NCBI RefSeq assembly: GCF_001194135.2
Contig: NC_069004.1
Coordinates: 4,827,529-4,891,528 of the forward strand
Direction: 5' to 3'
From: Octopus bimaculoides
Lineage: Eukaryota
DNA: 64,000 nt
Shown: positions 1-14,191 of the stretch, piece by piece
Layout of the letters: each line of letters starts with the position of its first letter
Numbering within the stretch: position 1 is the first letter of the stretch
The notes under the pieces: generated by a model
Told to the model about the DNA's origin: nothing
The model's database searches: none
The model's input: only the letters and a program-made list of their open reading frames with translations
Program-made: the position numbers and the translations under genes

Positions 1-1032
1 TATATATATATATATGTTTCATTTACATAGGTTCAGACCGTAGAAGTAGTGCGCTTGTTTTCTCTTATGGCGAAGCTTACCATAACTAACAGATAACTTC
101 AATACGATTAATAATGTGTATGTACCCATGCATGCAAAAAAAACTAAATCTTTGAATTTCCGAATTGGATGCCAGTGCAGTCGTACTAAACGGATGTATT
201 GCAACACTTCTAGTCGCTATCAATGTGCCGGATATAATGAGCAAGGCGCCAGCCGATGCATTTCCGTTGTAATAAGGTTGTGGTATAGCATAGAGATAAG
301 GAATCAGATTTGGAGTGTGCAAGCTCTAGAATAAGTGCGACCAATAAAGTGATTCTTCCGTCGAATTGTGATTAATTTTTTACGCTATATTACTATATTC
401 CTACAGAGCATAAAGTGTAAAATAATGAGTCTGCATACTTAAGTATGTATATGTGTGTGTCTGTCCGTATGTGTGTGTGAGTGTGCGTGTGTTTTAGAGG
501 TGTGTGTGTTTGTGAGTGTATAAGATGTATGTATGTTTATTGTGTATAACCGTGAACACATTTGCTTAATCTCAGAAGAATACAAACACACATATATTCA
601 CACACACACACACACACAGACATATATCTATATATTAGATTCTTTCTGTGTGTGCGCGGGCGCGCGTATGTATCTCCGATTGAAGGTGTGAGTAGTTGGT
701 ATATTTTTAGTTGCAGTGTGTGTAGACATAACGACATATATTCATATACATACATGCATACATATATACATACATACGCACACAGGCATGTGTAGATATA
801 TACATACATACACACATAATACATACACATATACATACATACAAATGTACACAGGTACATGTCCATATATTTTTATGGTATATATTTGTGTATTATGCCT
901 CTCCCACTTTCTCTCTCTTCCTCTCTCTCACTCCCCTTCTCTCTCTTTCTCTCCCTCTATTTCTCCTTCTCTCTCTCTCTCTTTCTCCCTCTCTCTGTAT
1001 GAGCAACATGCACGTCTATGTGTATGCGAAGG

Positions 1033-1111
<79 letters not shown>

Positions 1112-1383
1112 GCATTCATATATGTACATATGTCAGTATACTGATATTTGAGCTGAAAGCGTTTGAACTTCGGCTTTTAATAGAAAGAAAAAAAACTCAC
1201 CGAGACAATGGCGTTTGGCGATGCTAATAGCAGGTCAAATCATTTTAAAAGAATATAAAATTGTTTTTATCGCACCAGGTAAAACGAAATGAACAGAGGA
1301 GGATTAAAATTAAAGGAGATTAAGCGTACAGCTTGCTTTCCTCGTTTCAACACGCTGTGTATTTATAATGAATATATATATAT

Positions 1384-1488
1384 ACGACGGGCTTCTTTCA
1401 GTTTCCGTCTTCCAAATCCACTCACAAGGCTTTGGTCGGCCCGAGGCTATAGTAGTCAGATGACAGAAACAAATAAAATAATAAAAGA
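1384..1488 (-). mobile_element. SINE type A fragment: middle segment on minus (1384-1455) fused to a 3' tail segment in plus orientation (1454-1488)
   Basis: TACGACGGGCTTCTTTCAGTTTCCGTCT...GGCTATAGTAG is near-identical to 31913-31985; AGTCAGATGACAGAAACAAATAAAATAATAAAAGA resembles the tail of the copy at 23282-23680. Confidence 0.8.
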
Positions 1489-2168
1489 ATACATACATAC
1501 ATATATACATAAACCCAGCTTTTGACATACGAGTTCCGTCTATCAAATCCTACTCGAAAGATTCCAGAATCATAATGCATTTTGACCTCCCTAACGTTGC
1601 CGTTCTTGTTAATTGCATTTAATTATCTTCCTATTTAGTCAACCCATTTCACTGCACGCGTGAGAAAACACCAAGTTGGTAAGCAGTGCAATCGAACCTT
1701 ACAACTAAGAGGATGCGATCTACACTACTTAACTAGGCAGCTATTATGGTATATAACGTTAGTTTTAAAATGATTCAGCAACTGTTTGCCATAAATTACA
1801 AAGCAGATTTTTTAGACCATATGTGTTTTGAGTCAACCGAAAATCGATAAAATACGGTTTCCTCTTCGTCTCGTAACCAAGGGAGATTGTGATATAAATA
1901 AGACAAGATTTGTGTTTATATAGAGATGTACTTTTTTTTTTATTTCTCCTGTAAAATATATATTTATTTATTTAAGGTCTTTGTTTATACATGTTATCAT
2001 TTCTTGGTTTCTCTCGTCGTCTTCCCTCTTTCTTAATCTATATCAAATTCATAATCCAACTATGTCTAACATGCATTTGTACGTTTATGTATAGCGTTAC
2101 ATATACAGAATAAATATCCATTTAAACATGTTACTACATTGATTCCGAGATAACAACGCAGTTTATGA

Positions 2169-2243
2169 GCAGTCGCCCGACCTGAATACAATTGTCAAAT
2201 ATACAATAAATATTTGACAATTTCATACAGGTCGGGTGACAGC
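2169..2243. ncRNA. 75-nt hairpin, pre-miRNA-like candidate
   Basis: 34-position gapless stem with 4 mismatches and 1 G-U, 7-nt loop ACAATAA (2203-2209); no expression evidence. Confidence 0.35.
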
Positions 2244-2245
2244 GA

Positions 2246-2305
<60 letters not shown>

Positions 2306-3028
2306 GACAAGTCATAAATAATGGCCATTCCATATTTTTATTTATTGCAGTAAATTTGACTTACAGCTGTTTTCACTAATAGATTATAGGTTCATGAAGA
2401 TGGATTTACTCAATCGNNNNNNNNNNNNNNNNNNNNNNNNNNNNNNNNNNNNNNNNNNNNNNNNNNNNNNNNNNNNNNNNNNNNNNNNNNNNNNNNNNNN
2501 NNNNNNNNNNNNNNNNNNNNNNNNNNNNNNNNNNNNNNNNNNNNNNNNNNNNNNNNNNNNNNNNNNNNNNNNNNNNNNNNNNNNNNNNNNNNNNNNNNNN
2601 NNNNNNNNNNNNNNNNNNNNNNNNNNNNNNNNNNNNNNNNNNNNNNNNNNNNNNNNNNNNNNNNNNNNNNNNNNNNNNNNNNNNNNNNNNNNNNNNNNNN
2701 NNNNNNNNNNNNNNNNNNNNNNNNNNNNNNNNNNNNNNNNNNNNNNNNNNNNNNNNNNNNNNNNNNNNNNNNNNNNNNNNNNNNNNNNNNNNNNNNNNNN
2801 NNNNNNNNNNNNNNNNNNNNNNNNNNNNNNNNNNNNNNNNNNNNNNNNNNNNNNNNNNNNNNNNNNNNNNNNNNNNNNNNNNNNNNNNNNNNNNNNNNNN
2901 NNNNNNNNNNNNNNNNNNNNNNTATATATATATATATATATGTCTGTGTGTACGTAAATGTCGAACAATGAAAACGAGTGCTCAACACCGCATTTGTGGA
3001 TAAATTTTATTTGTGTATTTCTTTATAG

Positions 3029-3099
<71 letters not shown>

Positions 3100-3928
3100 T
3101 GCGTGCGTGTGTGTGTGTATGTGTGTGTATGCGTGTGTGTGTGTCTGTGTGTGTGTAACGTATATGATGAGCAACAGTTTGATAACAACACATGATTGCC
3201 AAAACTCAGTAAGTGGTAACTTCATTAGGAGAACATTCAGTAAGAATAAATGCATTCGTAATTATCGTATATCTATTTACGTGTCAGTGAAATGATTCTC
3301 GGTCATACTGTACTACAGATGCGAGAAGATAGAGAAATGTTTAGCATTATTGCTCACAAAGACTTTGTCACAGATATGAAACAGATGCACGTTTTATGTG
3401 CATGTGTGTATATATGTGGCGTGATCTATCATTGTTACATACAAGCGTATCCACACACACACACACACACGCATATATATATACATATATATATGTATAT
3501 ACATATACATAAAAATATACATTTATATATATATATATATATGTATATATATCTATAGAAATAATACAGTTATATATGAATTTGTATGTATATCTATGTA
3601 AGTTTGTATATGTGTATATGCATTTATGTATGTAAGAATTCATACATATAATTAATACATTTAAACTTGTACGTATAATTACGTATTATGTGTCTTCAAA
3701 TGTGTGTCTGTGTGTGTGTATTTATCTATATTTAAGTATGGGTAAGAGAAACATTCTATTTATAAAAATCGATTAATAATATTAATTACAAGCTCACAAA
3801 TACCCACATACACACACACAGGTCATAGATAGATAGACAGACAAACAGAGAGAGAGAGAGAGAGAGTGACATAGATAGATAGATAGATAGACAGACATAC
3901 GGACAGACAGACAGACAGACAGACAGAC

Positions 3929-3981
<53 letters not shown>

Positions 3982-4347
3982 TGTATGACGATACATAGGT
4001 TGGTACATAGATAAATAGACATATAGATAAATAGATACATAGATACATACATGCATACATGCATACATGCATACATACATGCATACATACATACATACAT
4101 ACATACATACATACATACATACATACATGCATACATACATACATAGAAATTATGATAGCTGTCAAGTGTTCTGCTATATTTCACCAGCCAGTTAGATTCA
4201 ACGTCAATTATTTGGAAACGTATATTTACTAATATGGAAATGTATCTAATATGTCATATCTGTGGTTTATCACGTGCATGTTTATATATGTGTGTTTATC
4301 TGTGTATGTATGAGAGAGAGAGAGAGTGTGTGTTTGTGCGCACGCGC

Positions 4348-4402
<55 letters not shown>

Positions 4403-4759
4403 CGTATACATATAAGGTACATGTTAGAGCATCGGGTTCGTTATATGCTATAACTGTATTTATGCATTCGAGTAGTCGTGTTGTTTGTAACTTTTGTGTT
4501 TTTATTGATATAATTATATATATTCTTCTATGCAACTCACATTTCAATTTAGACGGGAATACTAATTATTTGTATGCGCTCAAATCGTATAGCAATTTAT
4601 TATACTGTTCTATATATTCATAGTTATTATATATATATATCTTTCTGATAGACTTCATTGCAGTAATATAATATTTATCTCCGCATATTAAGTGATATCT
4701 CAGTATAAAAGACAGCGCTGTAAGTTAAGACATGTTTCGAGATACGACGTAGTGAGTAA

Positions 4760-5600
4760 ATGGGTATACATTTAGTTTCGTATAAATATGGGCATCAGTT
4801 TAAGGTGTTTCGTAATTTCGTCCCCACAAAACAGTTCTGTCTTCATTTCGTTCACCACTTCAGGCACATGAAGTTTCATTTCAGTCCTCACTTCAAGGAT
4901 ATGGACCTTCGATCCTCAGATTCGAGGATCTTGTGTGGTTCAAGTCGCTACATTATGGTCACATATTGTCGATTCTATGTTAATATGAGACTCAACTTGA
5001 CCAAAACGTCGTCATGTGTATGAGAGTGGGCAGAAGAATATTACGCGGAGGAGCTGAGATGGTTCTTGAGTGAGTTTAATCGTTCATTCAAAGATTTAAA
5101 TAAAATGTGGCATTCGTGGTACGTCGTCATTTATCTTTATAAAACTAGATTTGAATTACTTTTAACACCAACATTTTTTCAGCACAATCAAGACTTCCGG
5201 TTCCTGAGGACCAGAATTACACGAAAGAATTCTGTATGCGTCGGTCACTGTATCGCTCTTGCTTGTGATATATTAAATATTGCTACTTCCCCTGCAGTGG
5301 AAATCTGTTTGCATTTTTGAAGATAAGTTGGTTTTCTCTTAGGGTCCAAGACGTATGTCTCTCTGCAAAATGGATTCTTTCCTTATTTCAAACCCTTTCC
5401 TTTGTAGCAGAGATTTTCTTGTCTCAAATATTTTTCCTTGTTTTTGAACGCTTCGCCAATATCATTTCCTTACCTTTGAGGTGGAAATCTTGCTGGCTCC
5501 TTTTTACTCTGTGTTTTAATCATGAAGTTGTATATCTTCACACAATACAGATGCTTCCCTATTAAAGTGCTGCCGTCATGTTGCATTCACCCATTTTATA
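4760..5600 (-). mobile_element. Highly decayed Tc1/Tc3-like transposase remnant
   Basis: Manual minus-strand translation gives IGKHLYCVKIYNFM, ERIHFAERHTSWT...LIFKNANRFPLQG and M*P*CSDLN in the order expected for the HTH, the FA..H..WT..W..VIFSDE..FNLDG region and WP..SPDLN; many stops and frameshifts. Confidence 0.45.
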
Positions 5601-6713
5601 AATCGAATTACGTATAGGTTTTCTCTAAAATCTACTCCCTTTATAAACGATAGAGTTATTCGTTTGTAATGAAAGTTGTTGTAATATATTTTCACACATA
5701 AAATCCAAATTAATATCCTGGTTAAAATTCCATTTTTATTGATACATACTAGATTATTCTCTCGCCTGTTCTCTTTTTCCTAAGGTCATTTTTTTTTTCA
5801 TAAAAGATGTAATACAATAGAATCATGACAACATTGCTCTATTCTGCAAGTATTTTATGAGTAATTCTCTACGCTTGCTTGCGGAAAATTTTATGTTTGA
5901 AATGTCTTCAAAGCTTCTATTGTCTTATGGTTAGAAATATATTTGTGTAAATAGCGATCATTTAAAAACAACGTCATCTATATTCAGAGTTAAGTGTAGC
6001 CATAGAAATCAGATGAAATTGTTTAGTTCCAGTTAATCTATTTATATGGACAGCGGAAGAAATCATACTATAATGTTCTCAAAAAAGAAAACGATGCCAT
6101 TTTGTGTAGCTATAGAAATTGAGCTTGTTGACAGAAGTAAATAAAAATTACAATTGTCAGATAAATTCACTCGTTTATTTTCTTAGTACTCTGTTATAAG
6201 ACTGTAAAGAGGTAAGATTTATTCAAATTTTGAAAAAGGTAAGCAAAATTTATCGAGAAAGAATAAAGGTGCAAAAATGATAAATTTATTTTTCATGTTA
6301 ATTCAAATATCATTGTAAAAGTTGAAAATAAAATAAAATAAAATAAAATAAGAAAAAGCTATGAATAAATTTATCTGACGCCTTCATGTTGTTCCTCTTT
6401 CCATAAAGACAGGATTTTAAAATAATTCTTAATGGACATCTTGTCCCGTTTCAAGTTACAAACCATTTCTGAGGCGACGCAGTAGGAAGAATTTCCTGTT
6501 CAACACGATAATTCTATCTTCTTTCCTGAACTTGTTGTCTCCTACCAGAATATCATAAATCAATTCCCGCATAAAGACATTATTAATAATTCAGAACGAG
6601 GCAGACTTTGATTCTTGTCGTTACATAAGCGTTTATACGCATATTTTACACTTCCGTGTTTCTGTAACTATACAAAATTTGGATCACTTCAGCTTGGCTC
6701 AAAGATTTAAAAA

Positions 6714-7253
6714 TTATTTTTTTAAAATAAACAGCTTGAAACTTAGTATACTGGTGTGGTTCCTTACGCAGAACACGGTTTACTTTCAACATTTTTGACT
6801 AAAATTTCGTATTTTAGAAGTTTCTTTTCGTAATAAAGGTGTCATATTTGGGTAATTTTAACCAATAAACGACGTGTATTCAACTGAAGAAACCTACTGC
6901 TGTTTGCGATAGTAATCGAAGTGCAACACCGGGTCATCTCTACAAAATGTATTTTTCAATCACGTGTGGATTAGCAGAAGAACATACCGAATAATCCACA
7001 CGTGGTTGAAAAATTCATTTAGTAGAGATGACCCAAAAGTTGTTGCTCTTCGATTTCTATCGCAAACAGCAGTAGGTTCCTTCAGCTGAATACACGTGGT
7101 GGTTGGTTAAAATAACCCAAATACGACAACTTTAACAACAAATAACTTCTAAAATACGAAATTTTGTAAAAACTATTGAACATAACACATGTTCAGCGTA
7201 AGAAATTACACCAGTATACCAAGCTTCAAACTGTTAAGTTAAAAAAAAAATAA
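6714..7253. mobile_element. ~540-bp fold-back (MITE-like) element, arms ~260 bp, loop ~18 nt
   Basis: CACGTGTGGATTA (6961-6973) pairs with TAATCCACACGTG (6992-7004); arm complementarity continues to ACAGCTTGAAACTTAGTATACTGGTGT / ACACCAGTATACCAAGCTTCAAACTGT. Confidence 0.85.
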
Positions 7254-8528
7254 CTTAAAAGTCTGTGAGGCAAACTAAGAACATTTCAAAATTTACTGTA
7301 AAATTGTCAATATTGATAAGATTTCTTCTCAAATGTGAGGGAATATTGATTCTGAAGAAGGAGAACTGTATTCTTGATCCTATTTTTCGTTTCAGTATTT
7401 CTAAACAGACGTTGGGTCATGTATTTCTTATGAGTTTTTCTAACGATAGTGTATGATGTGCGGCAAGTTTTCGTTGCGAATCCTATCTGGCCCAAAATCG
7501 TGTAGAAACATCTTAATTCGTATGAACATGTGTGTATGCGTGTCTACGTGTGTGTGTGTGTGTGTCTGTTGACATGAGTATGTGTATAAGTATATATGTA
7601 TGTATGTATTTGTATATATGTATATATATATATATATCTACATATATATATNNNNNNNNNNNNNNNNNNNNNNNNNNNNNNNNNNNNNNNNNNNNNNNNN
7701 NNNNNNNNNNNNNNNNNNNNNNNNNNNNNNNNNNNNNNNNNNNNNNNNNNNNNNNNNNNNNNNNNNNNNNNNNNNNNNNNNNNNNNNNNNNNNNNNNNNN
7801 NNNNNNNNNNNNNNNNNNNNNNNNNNNNNNNNNNNNNNNNNNNNNNNNNNNNNNNNNNNNNNNNNNNNNNNNNNNNNNNNNNNNNNNNNNNNNNNNNNNN
7901 NNNNNNNNNNNNNNNNNNNNNNNNNNNNNNNNNNNNNNNNNNNNNNNNNNNNNNNNNNNNNNNNNNNNNNNNNNNNNNNNNNNNNNNNNNNNNNNNNNNN
8001 NNNNNNNNNNNNNNNNNNNNNNNNNNNNNNNNNNNNNNNNNNNNNNNNNNNNNNNNNNNNNNNNNNNNNNNNNNNNNNNNNNNNNNNNNNNNNNNNNNNN
8101 NNNNNNNNNNNNNNNNNNNNNNNNNNNNNNNNNNNNNNNNNNNNNNNNNNNNNNNNNNNNNNNNNNNNNNNNNNNNNNNNNNNNNNNNNNNNNNNNNNNN
8201 NNNNNNNNNNNNNNNNNNNNNNNNNNNNNNNNNNNNNNNNNNNNNNNNNNNNNNNNNNNNNNNNNNNNNNNNNNNNNNNNNNNNNNNNNNNNNNNNNNNN
8301 NNNNNNNNNNNNNNNNNNNNNNNNNNNNNNNNNNNNNNNNNNNNNNNNNNNNNNNNNNNNNNNNNNNNNNNNNNNNNNNNNNNNNNNNNNNNNNNNNNNN
8401 NNNNNNNNNNNNNNNNNNNNNNNNNNNNNNNNNNNNNNNNNNNNNNNNNNNNNNNNNNNNNNNNNNNNNNNNNNNNNNNNNNNNNNNNNNNNNNNNNNNN
8501 NNNNNNNNNNNNNNNNNNNNNNNNNNNN

Positions 8529-8593
<65 letters not shown>

Positions 8594-9713
8594 GACATGT
8601 ACATACAGACTCTGCGTGTGTGTGTCGCGGAAAGTATTAAACGATACACAGAAAAGACAGAGAACAAATTTAAAAAAGGAAACAACATAAAGAACAATAC
8701 GATTGCTAACGCAAGTTTTTCATATCCCTTTCGTGTTCGCAATGATAATTAGATCTCATTTTAAGATATCCCAATTCTGCTCCACCATACAGGCTTTCTT
8801 TTTTCTTTGTCTACTGTATCTTTGGGTTTTTTTTAATTTTTATTTTTTTTTGTAATATTACTCTATTGTTCCCCAGTCTTTCCTTTTGATTTTTCTCTAT
8901 CTTTGTATTACTCTATTTTCTACAGCAATATGGCCTTCACATCGTTATTTAACTGTCTCTTACTCTCTTTCCCCCAAATCTCTCTTTCTCCTACACTCAC
9001 TCTCCCACTCTCTCTCTCCCTCTTCTTTTCTCCGTCTCTCTTACATTCTCTGTATCTGCCATGTCACTTTTCCTCATCTATTTAGAACTTCCCTTTCTCT
9101 TAATTTCTCTCCTCCATTCTTCATCTCCCGTTTGTTTCTTGTTTTTCGATATTGTGGGGTTTCTTTTTTTTTCTTCAGTTCTTTGTATTTTACTGTATCT
9201 AGCTACATGTATTTAACCCTTTATTGCTGCTTGGCTCCGGTTTCACCTACACCTACATTGATATGTAGGTGCGTGTGTGGTGTATATATATATTTATATA
9301 TATAAATATATANNNNNNNNNNNNNNNNNNNNNNNNNNNNNNNNNNNNNNNNNNNNNNNNNNNNNNNNNNNNNNNNNNNNNNNNNNNNNNNNNNNNNNNN
9401 NNNNNNNNNNNNNNNNNNNNNNNNNNNNNNNNNNNNNNNNNNNNNNNNNNNNNNNNNNNNNNNNNNNNNNNNNNNNNNNNNNNNNNNNNNNNNNNNNNNN
9501 NNNNNNNNNNNNNNNNNNNNNNNNNNNNNNNNNNNNNNNNNNNNNNNNNNNNNNNNNNNNNNNNNNNNNNNNNNNNNNNNNNNNNNNNNNNNNNNNNNNN
9601 NNNNNNNNNNNNNNNNNNNNNNNNNNNNNNNNNNNNNNNNNNNNNNNNNNNNNNNNNNNNNNNNNNNNNNNNNNNNNNNNNNNNNNNNNNNNNNNNNNNN
9701 NNNNNNNNNNNNN

Positions 9714-9747
<34 letters not shown>

Positions 9748-9872
9748 GGATATATATATATATTTATATTATATAGATGATTTTGAACATATGTATAACT
9801 GTGAGAGAGTGTATATATATGTATCCATGTAACGCACACTCACACACACACACAAATATATGCATATATATA

Positions 9873-9907
<35 letters not shown>

Positions 9908-10404
9908 TATATATGTATGTGTATGTGTGTATGCACACATGTATGCGCGTATCCATTCCTATAAGCTCACGCCTGCATGTTTATGCCTATATGAAGTAGT
10001 TAGTGTTGAACAATAAAACAAATAAATGCCGCGAAATTCTCCCTTCGCTGACCTATTTGCTTCGTTTGCGATTCTCAAATTGCTTTCCCAGGATCATTGC
10101 TTAACTGAAGGCCACGAAAATATTTCAGTTTTATCAGGGAATTATTGCTTCCACCTTCCTGCGTCTCTCACCTGTCTTCGTCTCCTTCCCACACAGACAC
10201 ATGCTCTCACCTTCTCTCTCTGCCTCTGTCTCTCTGTCTCCCCCTCTCTCTCTATGTATTTTTCTTTGCATCTCGACTTCGCAGCAAATGCACCCCAACT
10301 CTTACGTAGCGATCTAAGTTTCACTTGGAGTCCGCAACGCGCACAGGCATAATCATATACTCAGATACATACTAAAAATACACAAAAGAGTAAATATACA
10401 CATA

Positions 10405-10435
<31 letters not shown>

Positions 10436-12083
10436 CTATATATATATATATATATAAAATATGTTATATATTGTTAGACATATCGATTGTGTGTTTTTAT
10501 TGTATATATTTATATCTGTGCAACTGTATACACACATATACAACATATAGACTCACACACGAACACAAACATATGTGTTGCATATAAGTATAAGTATGCA
10601 TTTATAAAAGTATATATATGTATACCTATATATATATATATATATATNNNNNNNNNNNNNNNNNNNNNNNNNNNNNNNNNNNNNNNNNNNNNNNNNNNNN
10701 NNNNNNNNNNNNNNNNNNNNNNNNNNNNNNNNNNNNNNNNNNNNNNNNNNNNNNNNNNNNNNNNNNNNNNNNNNNNNNNNNNNNNNNNNNNNNNNNNNNN
10801 NNNNNNNNNNNNNNNNNNNNNNNNNNNNNNNNNNNNNNNNNNNNNNNNNNNNNNNNNNNNNNNNNNNNNNNNNNNNNNNNNNNNNNNNNNNNCTCTTCCG
10901 ATCTATATGCATACATATATGCATGTATGTATGTATGTATGTATGTATGTATGTATGTATGTATGTATGTATGTATGTATGTATGTATGTATGAAATACG
11001 TACATCAAGATATCATACTTAATATTTCATGATGCTGATTCTAATATTGCAGTAGGTCCAAAATTACCCACAAAAGGCCAATATCAGATATCACACGTTT
11101 CACAACCAATCGATTTATTTCATCTCCCTCTCTTCTTTTCTCTTCTTTACTTCTCTCCTTTTTCTCACTGTATGTAATTTGAGTTGGAATTTTGAACGAA
11201 CGTGATAAACGCAGGTACATAATGTTCCTTGGTGTGGGGGAACAAGCATTATTTTCATCATTATCATGACCATTATCTTTATTACTACTGTTGTTGTTGC
11301 TGCTGTTGTTGATGTTGCTGTTATTATTATAATCATCAATGTTGAAACCTACGTATTTCTCCTGATAACAATCTGAGAAAATTTTTAGGCCTTTATCTCA
11401 AAACTAATAGCATTATACGCAGATAGCTACACTGATAGTAAGAGTAAGAAGAATGTTTAATAAGCGATTTCGTTTTAACGGGAAGGTTACTTATAATTTA
11501 TTATAATGCAGCCTTTGTAAAACAAAAAAAAAAGCGAAAGAAACTAAATATTAACCTCCTAAAAGCGGAATATATAAAAAGCTTAGAGTTTTATCTAATC
11601 TGCTTTATGCATGTAAAAATCTCGTGCATTTAGTATTTAGGTAGGGAGATGCTACAAACCGATAAAGTAAAAGTTGACATGCGCATGGCTTGGTTCAAAG
11701 TCTGAAGCTTGTATCGCTAAATATAATCGCTGAGGAACAAGACATTAGAACGAAAAACATAAAGGCAATGATTATAAACTCCAGTCAAACTGTCAATACA
11801 GCATGTGTGGATAAGTGAACGAAAGTAGTAACTATTTTCTAAATGAGAGATATAAGCAAAACTACCACTTTAACGCTACATCCTGCTCGACTTTTGGATT
11901 TATCATGGTTCCCTATATTGCCAGCTTTCATTCTATGATTCTGGTTTCAAGTTCAATTTCTTCATCTCGTACAAGTTCCGTAAGCCGTAATAGGAGCGAA
12001 GTTAACGCTCGCCTCTGAAATAAGAGGTGAAATGTAACACATGCCTGCAAGCGTATGCACACACGCATACAGATACTCACACA

Positions 12084-12123
<40 letters not shown>

Positions 12124-13386
12124 CGCACGTATATATATATATATATATATATATACATGCACACACACACACATATATACACGCACATATGTATATATAA
12201 TAATAAAGGGTAAAATTAATTAATTAATTATTAATAATNNNNNNNNNNNNNNNNNNNNNNNNNNNNNNNNNNNNNNNNNNNNNNNNNNNNNNNNNNNNNN
12301 NNNNNNNNNNNNNNNNNNNNNNNNNNNNNNNNNNNNNNNNNNNNNNNNNNNNNNNNNNNNNNNNNNNNNNNNNNNNNNNNNNNNNNNNNNNNNNNNNNNN
12401 NNNNNNNNNNNNNNNNNNNNNNNNNNNNTATATATATATATATATGCATCTATATCTATGTAACAGTGTGTGTATGTTGATATGTATACACATAATATCT
12501 ATATATGAATATATATATGCACATATATGTATACTTTTATGTATATATGAGTGCATGTGTGTACACACACACATACACACACACACATATATACATATAT
12601 ATATACATGTACATATAATTATAGATAGAGAGGAAGGAGTATTAGATTCACAGAATCAGAAATACATTGTTGTGTGCGTGTGTATATGTGTACGTGTGTA
12701 TGCGTGTGTGTGTGTGTGTGAGTGCGTGTCTGCTTGTGCATATGAGTAAACATACATACATATATGCGCACATTCGTATAAACATATATACACATAAGCG
12801 CAGATACGTACATATATATACATACAAACATACGCAAACGAATATTGTATTTATACATTTAAGTGTGAAGGAATAAAAACAATATGAACGTAAATACAAA
12901 AATGTATATTTTCATATGTGTGTATCTGCATGTGTATATGCTTGCGTATGTGTATATACCGCCACGTATGTATGCATACTTTTATGTCAGTGTGTTGTAT
13001 ATATTTCTACATTAAACACAGTTACGCGTATCCGTGGAAGAGTATGTCTGTATTCTGTTTAACATGTTATTCTGTATGTAATTGTTTCGTTTCTTTCGTT
13101 TTCTTTGCTTTCCCAATTGTTTTATTTCTCTGATTGCATAGCAATTGAAACATAATTAAAAGTAGTTAGAATAAAGAAATCTATTATTTGGTTTACAATA
13201 AAAATAAAAAAATCGTCTTGAGATACTTTTGATTTTCGATCGTACTTCCTAAGATTATAACAGACAAATTAATACTTGTAAACACACACACACACGTACC
13301 AGAAATGTCCATTCAAGTATATGTGTACATCTGTGTGAAATATATATATAGGTGTGTGTCAGTATATATATACGTGTGTGTGTTTA

Positions 13387-13419
<33 letters not shown>

Positions 13420-13825
13420 NNNNNNNNNNNNNNNNNNNNNNNNNNNNNNNNNNNNNNNNNNNNNNNNNNNNNNNNNNNNNNNNNNNNNNNNNNNNNNNNN
13501 NNNNNNNNNNNNNNNNNNNNNNNNNNNNNNNNNNNNNNNNNNNNNNNNNNNNNNNNNNNNNNNNNNNNNNNNNNNNNNNNNNNNNNNNNNNNNNNNNNNN
13601 NNNNNNNNNNNNNNNNNNNNNNNNNNNNNNNNNNNNNNNNNNNNNNNNNNNNNNNNNNNNNNNNNNNNNNNNNNNNNNNNNNNNNNNNNNNNNNNNNNNN
13701 NNNNNNNNNNNNNNNNNNNNNNNNNNNNNNNNNNNNNNNNNNNNNNNNNNNNNNNNNNNNNNNNNNNNNNNNNNNNNNNNNNNNNNNNNNNNNNNNNNNN
13801 NNNNNNNNNNNNNNNNNNNNNNNNN

Positions 13826-13865
<40 letters not shown>

Positions 13866-14050
13866 GTATATATATGTTTTCGTATATAAACATACGTTTA
13901 CAGATATTTACATAGCTACATCTAGAACACAAATTCTTCAAGAAACTTACAACTTAATTACGTTGAGAAGAAATTATCTCTCAGACAACATCGAAATTCA
14001 AACTCTTAATCACGAATATATTTAATTGTCTGGACATGACAATAACACAA

Positions 14051-14191
<141 letters not shown>

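Noticed and set aside
86-334. Overlapping ORFs at the window start (Cys-rich + frame, hydrophobic - frame)
   Set aside because: No recognisable motif or splice boundaries.
6430-6612. Plus-strand frame MDILSRF...*EEFPVQHDNS...
   Set aside because: Internal stop and no homology recalled.
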